64,000 nt of DNA from Camelus dromedarius. Taxonomy: Eukaryota. The position numbers and the translations under genes are program-made. The stretch is taken from positions 94,924,001 to 94,988,000 of the forward strand of contig NC_087437.1 in the NCBI RefSeq assembly GCF_036321535.1, written 5' to 3'. The notes beneath the pieces were generated by a model. The model made no database searches. It was not told where the DNA came from and worked only from the letters and a program-made list of their open reading frames with translations. Of this stretch, positions 1 through 12,545 are shown in pieces (positions within the stretch are counted from its first letter, which is position 1; the number at the start of each line of letters is the position of its first letter).

Positions 1-804
1 GCTGTCACAGAATTCAACTACAGAAAATGGAGAACAATTTAAAAAGTGGGAGGTGATTACTATTTTATTCCTCTTACATACTTTTGTGCTAATAAACTGA
101 TTGCACACATAAATTGTTACAGTCGAAGCAGTTTTCAGCTTTAACATAAATGTTTAAGGAATAGACTGTTAAAAGCTTACTTTTGAAAACCTCAAATGGA
201 ATTTATTTTCTAAACGTTATTCAGCTTAGTTACAGGATTCATCAAAATATGTTATTTTAAACTCATCTCTTTTTTTTTCCACAAAATTCAATGGCAATAC
301 CAGTTGCTTAGGAAAAATAAAACTGCCTATGGAAAAGATGGCCATGTGAATTAATGCTGAAATCAGAAAGAGGCTGATATCTGCATCAGGGGACAATATT
401 TTAAGAATTCATGAATTTCGCTTTACTTATTCATTTGCAAAGGTTAAATGTGAGTTGTTTTATGCAATACTTTCTGCTTTGATCAGTCTCGAGGGACTAT
501 GTTGACTGATCTCATCTCCTTCATGTGAAATGCAATCCAGAAAAACAAAGGGAAAAAAAAAACCAAAAAACTTCTCTGGCCAAGATATGTAACTGTGGTC
601 AATGTGAAGTAAAAACGTATCTATCTGAAATTGCTTTTGAAATGCAAAGTACCGTTTCATTTATGGCTGACCTTACATGATCTCAGTGACCATGATCTGA
701 GATGATGGTGCTGTGTGATAGAAGGACCATTAAAGATTCTAAAGATTTTCATTCCAGTGCAGGTTTGCCATTTTTTATCAGTATTATGTGTTTTGAAAGC
801 ACTA

Positions 805-1030
805 TGCATTCAACAAATGTTTACTCTGAACACACAATGTGTCTAGAAAGTTTGAGGTGCTGAGGAACAAGGTAACTAAAGTCCGCCATCTCATTGGCCT
901 TAAATTTTAGTGAAGGAAACAGAAAAAGAAAATTGTAAAGTCAAGATCATTTTAGGTGATGATGATGCTAGGGGATGTGACTAGGGTGGGTTTTTAGATG
1001 CAGCCTCTCTAAGGAGGTGCTGTTTGATTA
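805..1030 (-). mobile_element. L2 LINE 3' fragment
   Basis: cattcaacaaatgtttact... followed by typical reverse L2 sequence; highly diverged. Confidence 0.55.
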
Positions 1031-1869
1031 TGTCCTTGGATGGCTCACCTAGCTTAGTGGGACCACTTAGTAAGAAATAAAGTGGACAAAATAGCAATTG
1101 CCATGAAGAGCACATAGAATGTTTTTAAGGAGAAAATATGATATATAAATATATGAATTTAAAAACTTAATATATTTATATATTATTTATAGCCCAAATA
1201 AATATTATATAATATATATTCATTCAAATAAATGAATATGTAAAGAGCTATAGAAATAAAACATAGTACTATTAAGCAGAAAAGCAGATCTCTAGAAGAG
1301 GAACTCAATTTTTCTTTTTTGTCAAATTGTTATTCCTTTTGCCATCATCTGTAATAAGCCTTTAGAGCAACATGTTAAATCACAAAGTGGTCTCCCTTCT
1401 CTAATCTGGGTTAAGAATGTGAGTTCTGGATTCAAGGAACAGAAGTTGAAATCAGAGCCTGACTGATTATTATCTGTGCACCCTTGGGTGTTAAGTTCTT
1501 TGCAGCACTTGCTGGAAGAGTCCTTGAATTACAGTGCTTTAAGAGCTTAAAACACAGTTAGAGCATGCTCAGAGTTAGCACAAAATAAAATGATTTGTTC
1601 TTCTTATTTTTGCTATTGTTGAAATTTTAGTGATGGAGACCCACACATCTGCTCCCTGATAAAAATTAGGAAAAAGAGATGGAGTTTTAACTACTTGATG
1701 CCACGTGGTTCTACTAAGAGGAAATCTTGAGCCTGAATTAGCCTTTTTCCTGCATTTTGCTTTCCAAATCTGTAAGATGTGAGTTACAAAATGGCATCAC
1801 TGCCACCACCTATCCGCTGTCAAAGCAGGCACATTCGTCCTCCACCCTCCACCTGAGAGCCAGGCTAGT

Positions 1870-2236
1870 ATTTTTAAAATATAAATTGGATTCTGCCCTT
1901 CCAAATGCCCTCCAGTGCACTTAGAAGACAATCAAAACTTTTACAGAGGTCTGCGTAGAGCTGCGTCCTCTGGCTTTTGCCAGACTTGACCCTTACTGAC
2001 TTCACAATGTGCCACTGTTTTTGTTTTTCACATCCTTGAAGACACCTCGGGATTTTCCAACTCAGGGCCTTTGTATGAGCTGTGTCTTCTGCTAAAACCT
2101 TCAGACAGCCATCTCCCATTCTTCAGATCTCAGCTTACATATCATTCAGAAGAGCCTTGATTCCCTCATGACATCCCCCTTCCAAAAAATGCAGCCCGTG
2201 TAACGTGACTGTCTAAATGTCTCAAATGAATGAATG
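1870..2236 (+). mobile_element. L2 LINE 3' fragment
   Basis: ctcagggcctttgtatgagctgtgtcttctgct...tcttcagatctcagctt, ending in aaatgaatgaatg (L2 tail). Confidence 0.6.
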
Positions 2237-3754
2237 GCTATTACACAATATAGATATTGTAAACATGCTTTTCCTTGTGTTTGGCAAATAGATACTTAAA
2301 ATAGTGTTATTTTCCTTCTCTTGACAGTTCAATTAATAATGAAGATGCTCTTGTTTTGTTTTAAAGTAGAAATACAGCGGAGAGTCAAGACACATCCCTG
2401 CACCACATCAGCCCTTTCCCTCCACATTCTTCTCCTTCTTTTTCCTCATTCTCAGTTTTCTTCCTCGTTCACCCTATTTCCTCCTATGATAGAAACAAAC
2501 CTTATGTGTGTGTTCTTTACTTTACTGCATCTGGAAACTCTGACTTTATTTTTATTTATATTGTGTTTCAGCATTATGATAGATTATTTGAAACCTTCAG
2601 GAATATCATGAGGTGGTGAGTTCCTGAGTGTTTGGGACCCTGTTTTATTTACTATATTGCTTAGCACAGTGACTAAAGTATCTTACAAATGTGATATTTT
2701 ATTTCAATTAGATGGCATCAAGGCTATTAATGAAAATAAACCAGTCAAAATATTTACATCAAAAAAGAAATATGCTAGACCCCAAAAGTATGCTGCAGGA
2801 GAACTTTAAAAAGACTGAGATTTCAAATTAAGAAAATTTCTCCAAGAGTGAGCTTCCAAGTTGAATTCAGTTGCATGATTTCCATATTTTAATGGGACCA
2901 AAAGGGACACATTAAAAAAGTGGAAAGTAGGGATAATAGAGAAAAAAGTAGAAATATAAAAATCCAGTATGAATTGCCCCACAAATCTATACTCCAGATC
3001 TTCTAAAGGCATATAGATTTTCCCCTTTATTCCTTTTTTTAGGTAATTATGGGAGAATCAAAAGACTCTTTACCTTTCTATAGAATATTTTCAGGAAGGG
3101 TTTGGGATTTCTTCTGTTCTTCCTCTTTACAATATATTTAGAGAAACAGCCACATCTTTGTGCCAACCGTGGAGCAAAGTGTCCTCTCCAGAGGTCGGAG
3201 GGCAGCTGTGTAACCTCCAGAAGCTCTTGGACTTGCTGCCTGAGGCCCGAGGTGTGTCTTGGAAGCTGGGTGTCCTGAATGATAATGGAGGCTCCATTTA
3301 AATCACTGCCTGGTTAGTAAGACCATCATTCTAGAGGTTTCTTCCATGTGTTTAGGACCCAGACATTTTCAGAAAGTCATGCTCCCAGACTGTCGTGTAA
3401 GAGAAACGATGACCTTTTCATTCCCTTTTATTCATTGAAAGAGGCCCTTGGCTATAAGGCCCACAACTACCACTTAGAGAAAGTTATGGAAATGACAGTT
3501 TATCTATCCATCTGCAGCTTGCTTTAGCTAACTGACCCCTGGATTCCAGAGACAGTTATTTGGAACACAGCCACCTCTATTTCATCCTCGAAATTGTTTT
3601 TCTTCTTTTCCTTCTTCCTTGTTCACTAAATCCAATAAAGATTCTTTATGAGTAAGTGCCAGTAGGTGTCATGGAATACCAAGAATCTTACTACCCAAAC
3701 AGAAGGTTCATAACCAATGAAATAAACTAGAACAGACACCCACATGGCCCTCAC

Positions 3755-3935
3755 TGTTTAATCTGCACAAGCTTTCTGTGAGGTAGGTGTTAATATTCAC
3801 ATTTACAGATGAGGAAACTGAGGCTCAGAGAGGATAAATAATTTGCCTAAAATAATATGGCTATTAAATGACAGAACTAGGATTTGAAGGAAGGAAGAAG
3901 ACTGATGTGGAGTACTCTGAACCACTCCACTATAC
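3755..3935 (-). mobile_element. MIR SINE
   Basis: MIR core atttacagatgaggaaactgaggctcagagagg. Confidence 0.85.
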
Positions 3936-4379
3936 TGAAATAGAGAACAAAGAGTCTAAAGGCAAACAAAATCTTACTTGTAAATTTAAGAATTGATAGT
4001 CAAAAACTGTAATCATTTTTGGACATGCAACATTGTTGGTTCGAACACTGAAGATAATCATATTAAAGAAAATGCAGATCTATTTATTCTTTTATTTTCC
4101 TTATTATTTTCAGTTAAGTTTCAAGTTTGTCCTTGGAATGAGATTTATTTTCTTAGAAGCCAATATTCCTGGGAGTTGTGCATGTTAACACTGCTAGTCT
4201 CATTTAAATTTTTTCTTCATATCTTCTCTTTGGAGTTAATTTCATTAATTTATTCCCATGTAGTCTGAAAGGTGAAAGCTTTATTACATGAAAATTCACC
4301 TTGAACATAAACATCTATACTATTTCCATTGCAAGAGTTGTCTGTGCTATTTATTCATTTCACAAGTAATACAGTTGTG

Positions 4380-5540
4380 TATAACTAAACATTTACTGAG
4401 CATCTACTGAACAGTACATTAAACACTATTTTAGATACTAAGAAATTTTGATTAGTTTTTTTGTATGTGGAGGGGGTGGAAGTATTTAGGTTTATTTATT
4501 TATTTTTTAGAGGAGGTACTGGGGATTGAACCCAGGACCTCATGCATGCTATGCATGCATTCTGCCACTTAAGCTATACCCTCCCCAAGATAGCTAAGAA
4601 ATTTTTAAAAGATGAGGTATACAAGCCATGTTCTCACAAGGCTTAAATTCCAATGGAGTGAAACAACATTCAATCTGTATTTGAACAAATATACAAGGCA
4701 AGTTCAGATTATGAAAAGTGCTTAAAATCAGAAAACAAAAATATATGAGTAAAGTTATGTTAGGTGTGGGCCAAGCCTATCGTCATTAAACAGGGCTAGA
4801 TAAAGGTGTCAGGGAAGACACCTTGTGGTGTGGCTACATTTGACCTGAGACCTAAGATGAGCTGGAGCCAGTACCACAGATACAGGAATAGTGACTTCCA
4901 GACATAGAAAATGTGACGTGCAGAAGCAAGAATGAGCCTGGCCTATTGTTTGAAGACCCTGGGCAATGTGAACAAAGGGAATATTGGTGTAAATTGTGGC
5001 TTAAGACAAAGATGTGAAGAATGGTGCAGGCTGTATTAGATTTTCATTTTATTCTAAGTGTAATAGAAAGTCACTTGCAGTTCTAAGTAGAAATCTACGT
5101 CTGATTTTCTTTTTTAACCAGTCACTCTGGTTGCTATCTGAACAGGTTATAAAGGAAGATTAGAAAGAAACTGGCAGACTAGTTAGGAGGCTATTGCAAT
5201 GGTCCAGGTGAGAGATGCAGGGTGCTTGGGAGAACGTAGTGGCAGTGGGCATGAAGAGAAGTAGAGATACATTTTGTTGATTTAACCAGCAATACCTAGT
5301 CATTAGATGGATGCATGAAATGCAGAAATCAAGGGGTGAGCTGGGGACTCAAGAATGACTTTATGTTTTGGGCTTGCAAGATGAGGAAGAGAATGGTATT
5401 TTTGGAGAGATTTCCCATGTAGATGTACTGGTGACGGGTATAGAAATCAAGGTTTCTTTTTTCGACATGGTAAGCTTGAAAGAACAACTAGGCATCAAAG
5501 TGTATATAGCAAATATGTACATGTGGGTCTGTAGCTGTCT
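4380..5540 (-). mobile_element. L2 LINE fragment, interrupted by a young SINE
   Basis: aacatttactgagcatctact start; gttaggaggctattgcaatggtccaggtgagagatg is a characteristic reverse L2 segment. Confidence 0.75.
4455..4586 (-). mobile_element. tRNA-derived SINE, camelid Vic-1-like
   Basis: Minus strand reads GGGGAGGGTATAGCTTAAGTGG (A box)...GAGGTCCTGGGTTCAATCCCCAG (B box)...A-rich tail. Flanked by direct repeat ctaagaaatttt (4438-4449 and 4594-4605). Confidence 0.85.
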
Positions 5541-5899
5541 TTGAAATATAATGCAAGTATTTATAGTTTGCTTTTTACTTTGAGTTCTTTTTTCTTTAAA
5601 AGTTTTAAATTCTTAATTTTAAGTGCTTATATCTTTAAATTGTCTAAATTCTCTAAGAATAACCTTTGTAAATAAAGATAATGTTTAATTTTATAACTTA
5701 CAGTCACTACTTCTTGAATGTTAAGTATCAGAATATTCCTATATGTGTTTCCTAGCTGCCATAATATTGTCTTTGACATACTATTCTTGATATTTATTAC
5801 ACGTAGCTGAAAACAATACGACATATAAGTCTGCCTGCAAAATTCAAACTACAGATGTAGATAAAGTGTTGCTTCACATTCAGTGTGTATCACATTGAA

Positions 5900-7880
5900 A
5901 AAGACTGGACTTTTTTACAAGTCCAGCATGTAAGGAATTTAGAGGTCACCACTTCATTCTAACAACAAGTAAAAAGCTAAACAAACTGAAAAAGAAAAAT
6001 CAACTCTTCTTAGATATATCAGAGAAGTGAGGTCCCAGGGCAAACCACTGCCCCCCAAATTGGGGATACAAATATGCAGATATAGAGAATCCCAACTTAG
6101 CAGAGCAGAAACCCACCAGCAGAACCTGCTGGTTCCCCTTCAAGAACTAGTGTTGGAGTAGAGGATCTGAACTGTGAGCCATAAATGGCTGGAGGCCCCA
6201 TGTAGATAAGTCTGAGAGTTAAAAACTCTAGGCAGCCCCAGTCATAGGGGGTTCCCCACACTATGGTGTGGTTTACCTCTAGGAGCTTGACCAGGTAAGG
6301 ATCAGAGAAAAATCCTTTTAGGTTTCCACAGAGGGAGGGAAAAAGAGGCCATTCAGAAATAAGCTGAAGCACTCTGTTCTTCTGGGCAAGGCCTGCCCTC
6401 AAGGTAAACTATTTCACCGGTGCTTAACCTGCTGGAGTTCTGTTAGAGCCTAACAGACCTGGGAGAAGGGAAATACCCACCTCAAGCCCCTGGCAGCCAT
6501 CTTTTTCCACCCAAGGTGGAGGTTGGGGGGGTGGTTGTGAGAAGCACTGAAGTTCACAGTAGGGCACACTCACCAAAAGGTTGGGTCCTAATCAAAGAGC
6601 TGTAGAATGCATCCCCTCTCCCATATCTCACCACCACATTTCTGAAGGCCTATTTGTCTGAGTTCTTTTCAGTCAGTATATCAAATCTGTCATCAGCAAA
6701 AAATTATAAGGCATTCTAAAAGACAAAAAAATACTATTTGAAGAGGCTGAACAAGCATCAAAACCAGAAGATATGGCAGAAGCATTCAAATTATCAGTCT
6801 GGGAATTTAAAACAGTTATGAGTAATATATACGACTCTAATGGATAAAATAGACAGCTTGCAAGAACAGATGGGTAATGTAAGCAGAGAGATGCAAATTC
6901 TAGGAAAGAATCAGAAAGAAATGCTAGAGATCAAAAACACTGTTAACATAATGAAGGATACTTTTGATGGACCCATCAGTAGATTGAATATGGCTGAGGA
7001 AAGAATCTCTAGGCTTGAGCATATGACAATATAAATTTCTAAAACTGAAAAACGAAAAAGATGAAAATGACTAAAAAAAATAATAAAATATCCAAGAATT
7101 ATGGGGTGATTACAAAAGGTATAACATACGCATAATGGGAATACCAGAAGGAAAAGAAAGAGATAAAGGAAACGAAACTACAGTTAAAGCAATAATGACT
7201 AAAAATTTCTCCAAATTAATGTCAGACATCAAACCACAGATCCAGGAAGCTCAGAAAACACCAGAGTATATATCAAAAAGAAAAAGAAAAGAAAAAAGAA
7301 AAAAACAAATCTACACCTGGGCATATTCAAACTACAGAAAATCAAAGATAAACGAAAAAATCTTGAAAGAAGCCAAAGGGAAAAAAGTACCCTCCTAGAG
7401 AGGAGCAAAGATAAGAATTACATCTGAGTTCTCTCAGCAGCCTTGCAGGAAGAAGACAGTGGAGTGAAATATTTAAAGTGTTGAGAGGAAAAAATATTCT
7501 AGAATTCTGTACTCTAAAAAATTATTTGTCAGAAGTGAAAGAGAAATAATAAAGACTTTCTTAGGCAAACAAAAATTGAAAACATTTGTCACCAATAGAT
7601 CTGTCTTACAAGAAACATTAAAAGTTCTTCAGAAAGAAGGAAAATTATGTAAGTCAGAAACTCTGATCTTTATAAATAAAAAGCACTGGAGAAGGAATAA
7701 GTAAAAGTAAAATAAAAACTTTATTTTTCTTATTCTTAATCTAACAGGTAACAGTCTGTTCAAAATGATAACAGCCACAATGTATTGGATTATGCACTGT
7801 CATATATATGTACATGTATATACATGCATTTGCTTGTGTATGAATGAATGATAGCAATGATATGAGCAATGGGAGGGAGG
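5900..7880 (+). mobile_element. Old L1 (L1M group) 5' UTR plus degenerate ORF1
   Basis: ORF fragments 6840-7034 (MDKIDSLQEQMGNVSREMQILGKNQKEMLEIKNTV...RLNMAEERISRLE, coiled coil) and 7135-7398 (MGIPEGKER...IMTKNFSKLMSDIKPQIQEAQKTP) are L1 ORF1p-like. Broken by stops and frameshifts. Confidence 0.9.
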
Positions 7881-10800
7881 AACCAGCTTTGCCTACTTCT
7901 CGTTTAATTCCTAAGTCATTTTGTCTTGTTTTGTTCCTCTCCTGTCATGCTATTTTAGACTCTGCCCTGCTTATATCTAGTTGCTGCTTTTTTTCTTTTA
8001 CTTTTTAACTAGCTGTTTGTTCTAACTATGAATCCCCTTCACCTTTGTGATGCTCTTTAACCACATTTGCAGCATTTGCATATCTATTATGCTTGCATTC
8101 CTTTCCTGGTCTTTTTGTAAAGGCAGCTTTCTAGAAATGGCCCATATGATCCTCAAAGAAAATGTAGGAATCAAAGAATAATTACAGTGACCTACATAAA
8201 TGAGCAGTTGTGTTAGGACAGAAGCCCATGAGGAAAGAGAAGGAGAAACAAGAAAAAAAGCTATTGCTGAAAGGTCTGTGACCAACATCGTTGGCAAAAT
8301 TTCAATGCTTTTTTTTTCTTCCTAGTAAAAGTAAAGGGAGTTCTGAAGATAACTATAGACATGAAAAATATCTAGTTAAAAAAAAAGAAGATCTGAAAAT
8401 TAAGTTACAGTTTAAGAGAATTATACTACCTAAGGCCCTTTTGAAATTCCCTTTTGAAATCAACACATACAGAGATAAAGGTAATTTAAGAGCATCAGTA
8501 ACAAAAGGGAAACAAATCACACATTCAGTCTCACATTCATTAAACGTTGTGTATAAAACTAAGCTCCAAAAAAAAAAAATCAATAAAGTCATTAACTATC
8601 TTACCCACTGCTTATGATAAATGATAGATTAGCTTAAATGTGATCAAACTCTTTCCCTCACCCCATTCAAAGTAAAGCACTTTTCCGTTCAAGGACCACT
8701 TAATTGGATGGTGCTGGCTGGCCTTCCTAACATCCAATTTCCTAAAGTCATTTGAAGTGTGGGATTATTTAACCCAAATTCTAAACAGCTAATTTCAGCC
8801 TGGGACAACAGCTGTGCATGGAATATAGCTGCCTGGTGAATGTCACCTAAATATATTACTGGATACCTTATCTTTAGCCTCTTTGATCTCTTGAATAGGA
8901 TTCATTTTCTGAAAAGAAAACTCACCTGCTCAGTTTACGTTTCTTTTTTAATGAACATAACATAAACAGCTTCATGGGCAATGCGTCTTGGCTTTATCAA
9001 TTAGAAACTGTCTCCTGAATTTTGTGTTTGGCAAAGCGTATCTCTCAAGCAGGCCTAACTGTGAACACAAGATAGAGTAAACTCAGCTTTTAAACCATAG
9101 CTGGACCAGCTATCATCTGTCAGCTGCGTTCAGTTTACGTTCCTGCTTGATGGGTGGTATGGGGATAATGCCACTCAAAATGAAGAAATTAGGATTTAAA
9201 CCCAAATAGTCAGTGTTATTTTTACATGCTGCTTGAGAAGTAAATTCAGAGTATTTCTGCTATGCAGCTAGTTGGTTTTAATCAAGGGTTCTCTAATGTT
9301 GTTTTTTTTTTGTGCGGATATGTAAACATTTATTTGCATTTCCTTTCAAAACCAATTCCGACATTGCTTCCTACATTTTCGAAATATCCATTACACTATG
9401 TCAATATGTAACTAAAGCAATTGTTGGGAAAAATATATTCACTATTTCCTTCTGCCTGGAGCTATATGTCTTATTTCCGAATTCTAGGCCTCCTCATTCC
9501 ATTCTCCTTAGATAGTCAGAATGCACTAAGATGTAAGTGAACATTTTTAGATACTTGATACTGGGCCTTTTGGTCGATTTCTTCCAAAACACTTCTTTAT
9601 TTCTTCTAGTACTCTTCATATTTTTTTCTGTGTTTCTAATTTTGATTGTAATTCCACAAAGTATCATACATTTAATTTGGTATAACCCTGAATAGCAAGC
9701 AAAGCAATAGAAAAAATTTAATCTTATAATCATATTTTCTCCTGATATCTGCATATTTCATACAGGGTCAGGATGTATATGCATATATGTGTGTGTGTAT
9801 CACATATACATGTACGCATATTGTGTTCCTACATCTGACATGCTATATTTAGCTCTACAAATGCATAATAATAAACATATTTTTTCTGCAACTATGTTTA
9901 CAAGGAATCAATATAGTCCATAGTATTAATGGGCTCTGTTTTTAAGGACCATTTCCTTTTCTTAAAGTTTTCAGTGATTTATTCTTCTCCATCTTCATTC
10001 TTCTGGGATCTACCCTGATGCCCTAAACATCCTTTCACAGGCCACTCTTGAAAGGTGACTGATGGCAGGTGGACCTTAGAAGTAGGGATGGGGACAGTTT
10101 CAAGCTCTGTGAAATTATTGCCTTTGTAATTGTATTTATAGTAAGTGTTTACTCTTTTATAGAGAGAAATAGTCTATGAAAATTTCTGAGGATATTTATA
10201 TAATTAGCCTTTTTCTTCTTGTTTTATCTTTAATATGAACTCATCTATTTGAAGTATCCACAAAAGTTTAAGAAGTTGAGCTTAACACACCAAATATGAT
10301 TTCTTACCAATTAACTGATCTTTAATCTCATCATCTATAATAGCATTATTCACATATCCTTATCTCAGTCGTTGTCCATCTCATTCAAAGAACGCCATGA
10401 AAGTTATTCTTATTTTATTTTATATCATTTTGTTTCGTCTTACTGTGCTTTATTTCACTGTTAGGGAAATAATGCCAGTGTGACCTGAACTTTATCTCCC
10501 AAGCTGTCAGAGTTTATTGAATAAAAGTTTGTGGTTTAAATTCAGGACAATCCACTGTCTGACCCCTATCAATATTCTTTCAATCTCTTTCACAGAAATT
10601 GATCAGGTCAGTTGGACAACATCTTTTTCTTACATCATCTTCTATGGTAGTAGCCTTACAATCCATTTATTAATTTACATAGGTTTGTTATAACAAGATT
10701 TTGCAACTAAGGTAGATATATTCATTCAAATGACTAGCTTTAGTATGGTAAATAATTCTTCATCTCTAAGGTTTCATATTGAAAAAATGGACAATACAGT

Positions 10801-11659
10801 TTTTAGGGGATCAAATATAGATATAAATATTACTGAAATGTATTTCTGGAATCAGTTATCTTCCTCAAACTCCAATTGATTCCACAGTTGTAAAAGTTTG
10901 AGATTATAAGTGACTTTTTAATCTGTTTTATCTATTGCTCTTATGTTTGCTTTTAAAGTGAATTACCTAAGGTGATTATTACTCTCTTGGTCAATGTAAT
11001 TTTTCATATATATATTAACAATTGATTTTTTAAGTATCAGCCACTGGTTGTTATAGTTGCAAAAATACAAGCTAAACTAACTAGATCGTTTTTAGTACAT
11101 TGATGTAATAACACCACTTTTAAAAGTATATGAAAATGTCTAAGATATGTACAAAAGCTACAAGTGTTTTATAGAACATAATTTTATATAGGTGTTTTGT
11201 TCAGGCTTTTTTCCTAGTTTTACACTAGCCTAGAATGCAAGTCTTTTGGTTGGATTTAATGATCTCAAACATCCTTTATTCTGAACTTCATAGTAACCTA
11301 AGATATTAATTTTTTTTCCCTTAGAGGATAGACTACTACTCACAGTGACAATGTAAATTTCTATCTTGTGATTTTTTTATACTCAAGTAACAATATTTTT
11401 GGCTTTTAGCTTGCCACAATCAATAGAAAAAGTTTACCAAAAAGATTATTCTGCATTTCTCTGTGCTTGATAACAATTATGTATCTTTATTTTTAAAATA
11501 AGAAGAATAAGATGATATTATTAAATGTTAAGAAGACTGTAAAGACTGTAAAACTAAAAAAACTGAGCTTCAACGCTTCTAAAGGACTAACAAACCTATG
11601 TTTCTTGTTCTCAGATTAGGTTCTCACAGTCATTCCTCCTGTCACAATTCCATACATGC

Positions 11660-11822
11660 AGAAGAAAGAAGCAACAAGAAATGAGAAAAAGAAGGGAGGG
11701 AGGAAGGAAGGGAAGAAAGAAGGAAAGAAGGAAAAAACTAGAGGGGATGGAAGGGAAAAGGCAGAGAGAGAGAAGTGAAAGAGAGGAGGAGGGTAGGAGA
11801 GGGGGCGGGAGGAAAGGAAAGA
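11660..11822 (+). repeat. Polypurine (GA-rich) low-complexity tract
   Basis: Nearly all A/G, with GAAG/GGAG units. Confidence 0.85.
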
Positions 11823-11914
11823 GTTCTTAAAGGTTTAACTTTAACCTAATCATAATGCCACGGAAACATTTCTTCCATGTGAATACATGTATGCCTTTTA
11901 AAACTGACTGATTA

Positions 11915-12545
11915 TGCAGCTACTCTGAAAAACAATTCGGCAATTTCTTTAAAAACTAAATGTCAATTAACATACGCCCCAGCAATGCACTCCTAGGCAT
12001 TTATCCCAGAGAAATGAAAACTTATGTTTACACTAAAACCTATACACAAATCTTTATAGCAGCTTTATTTATAATAGACCAAAACTAGAAACAACCAAGA
12101 TATACCTCAGTTGGTCAGTGGTTAAACAAGCTTTCATATACCATACCGTGGAATGCTACACGGTAATTAAAAGGGATGAACTCTTGATAGATGCATCAAC
12201 CAGAATGAATAGCTAGAGAATTACATTGATGGAAAGAATGTCATTCTCAAAAAATTACGTATTGTATGATTTCATTTGTAGGACATTCTCAAAATGTTAA
12301 AGTTATAGATAAGAGAACAGACTAGGGATTGCCAGAGGATAAGGAGGGGCAGAGTGGCAAGGCACCATGATGGAAATGTCTTTTATCTTGCTTAAATCAT
12401 TGTTAACATCCTGTTTGTGGCATCCTACTGTAGTTTTGCAAGATGTTACCACTGGAGGAAATGAGGATAAAGATGTGATAGACCTTTCTACATTATTCCT
12501 TAAAACTGAATGTGAATATACAACTCTTTCAAAATAAAAATTTAA
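11915..12545 (+). mobile_element. L1 3' end (L1MC-like)
   Basis: ccagcaatgcactcctaggcatttatcccagagaaatgaaaacttatg...gttttgcaagatgttaccactggagg...aaaataaaaa. Confidence 0.85.

Noticed and set aside
4510..4586. tRNA gene
   Set aside because: Has an A-rich tail and TSD and the anticodon region is degenerate; it is a tRNA-derived SINE.
6840..7398. Coiled-coil ORFs as a host gene or domesticated L1TD1-like gene
   Set aside because: Fragmented L1 ORF1 with stops and frameshifts inside a larger L1 relic.
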